Assembly: GCA_000934665.2 (NCBI GenBank)
Contig: JYFJ02001909.1
Span: 46,720 to 66,719 of the forward strand
Reading direction: 5' to 3'
Source of the DNA: Catajapyx aquilonaris
Taxonomy: Eukaryota
Length of the DNA stretch: 20,000 nucleotides
A model generated the notes under the pieces. It saw nothing but the letters and a program-made list of their open reading frames with translations. It was not told the origin of the DNA and searched no databases. The number at the start of each line of letters is the position of its first letter. The stretch's first letter is position 1. Shown piece by piece: positions 19,908 through 20,000 of the stretch. Made by a program: the position numbers and the translations under genes.

Positions 19908-20000
19908 TCAGCCCCCGGACACTTATACATTCTACATTCTGGCGTTATCATTCTGCCTAGGCATTTTGCAGCGGGTGCTCACTGCTCACCTAAGAGCGCC

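Overview
AT-rich eukaryotic genomic DNA, probably arthropod/insect judging by the repeat families. Two host genes lie on the minus strand. The first is a complete 8-coding-exon CD36/class B scavenger receptor gene (CDS 8895->3483; GT-AG introns, phases join into a 504-aa ORF with two transmembrane segments). The second is the 5' part of an ankyrin-repeat protein gene (ATG at 305, running off the left edge, absent from the ORF track). The rest is intron/intergenic DNA rich in decayed mobile elements: a Helentron/DINE-1-type element in an intron, pogo-like and Mutator-like non-autonomous elements, a frameshifted LINE ORF1 fragment, two tRNA-derived SINE families, a 29-bp truncated retroposon tail with TSD, and a 1.76-kb segment bounded by two inverted Tc1/mariner 3' ends. 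I see no convincing new biological system. The best leads are transposon architecture and a concerted loss of one cysteine pair in the scavenger receptor.
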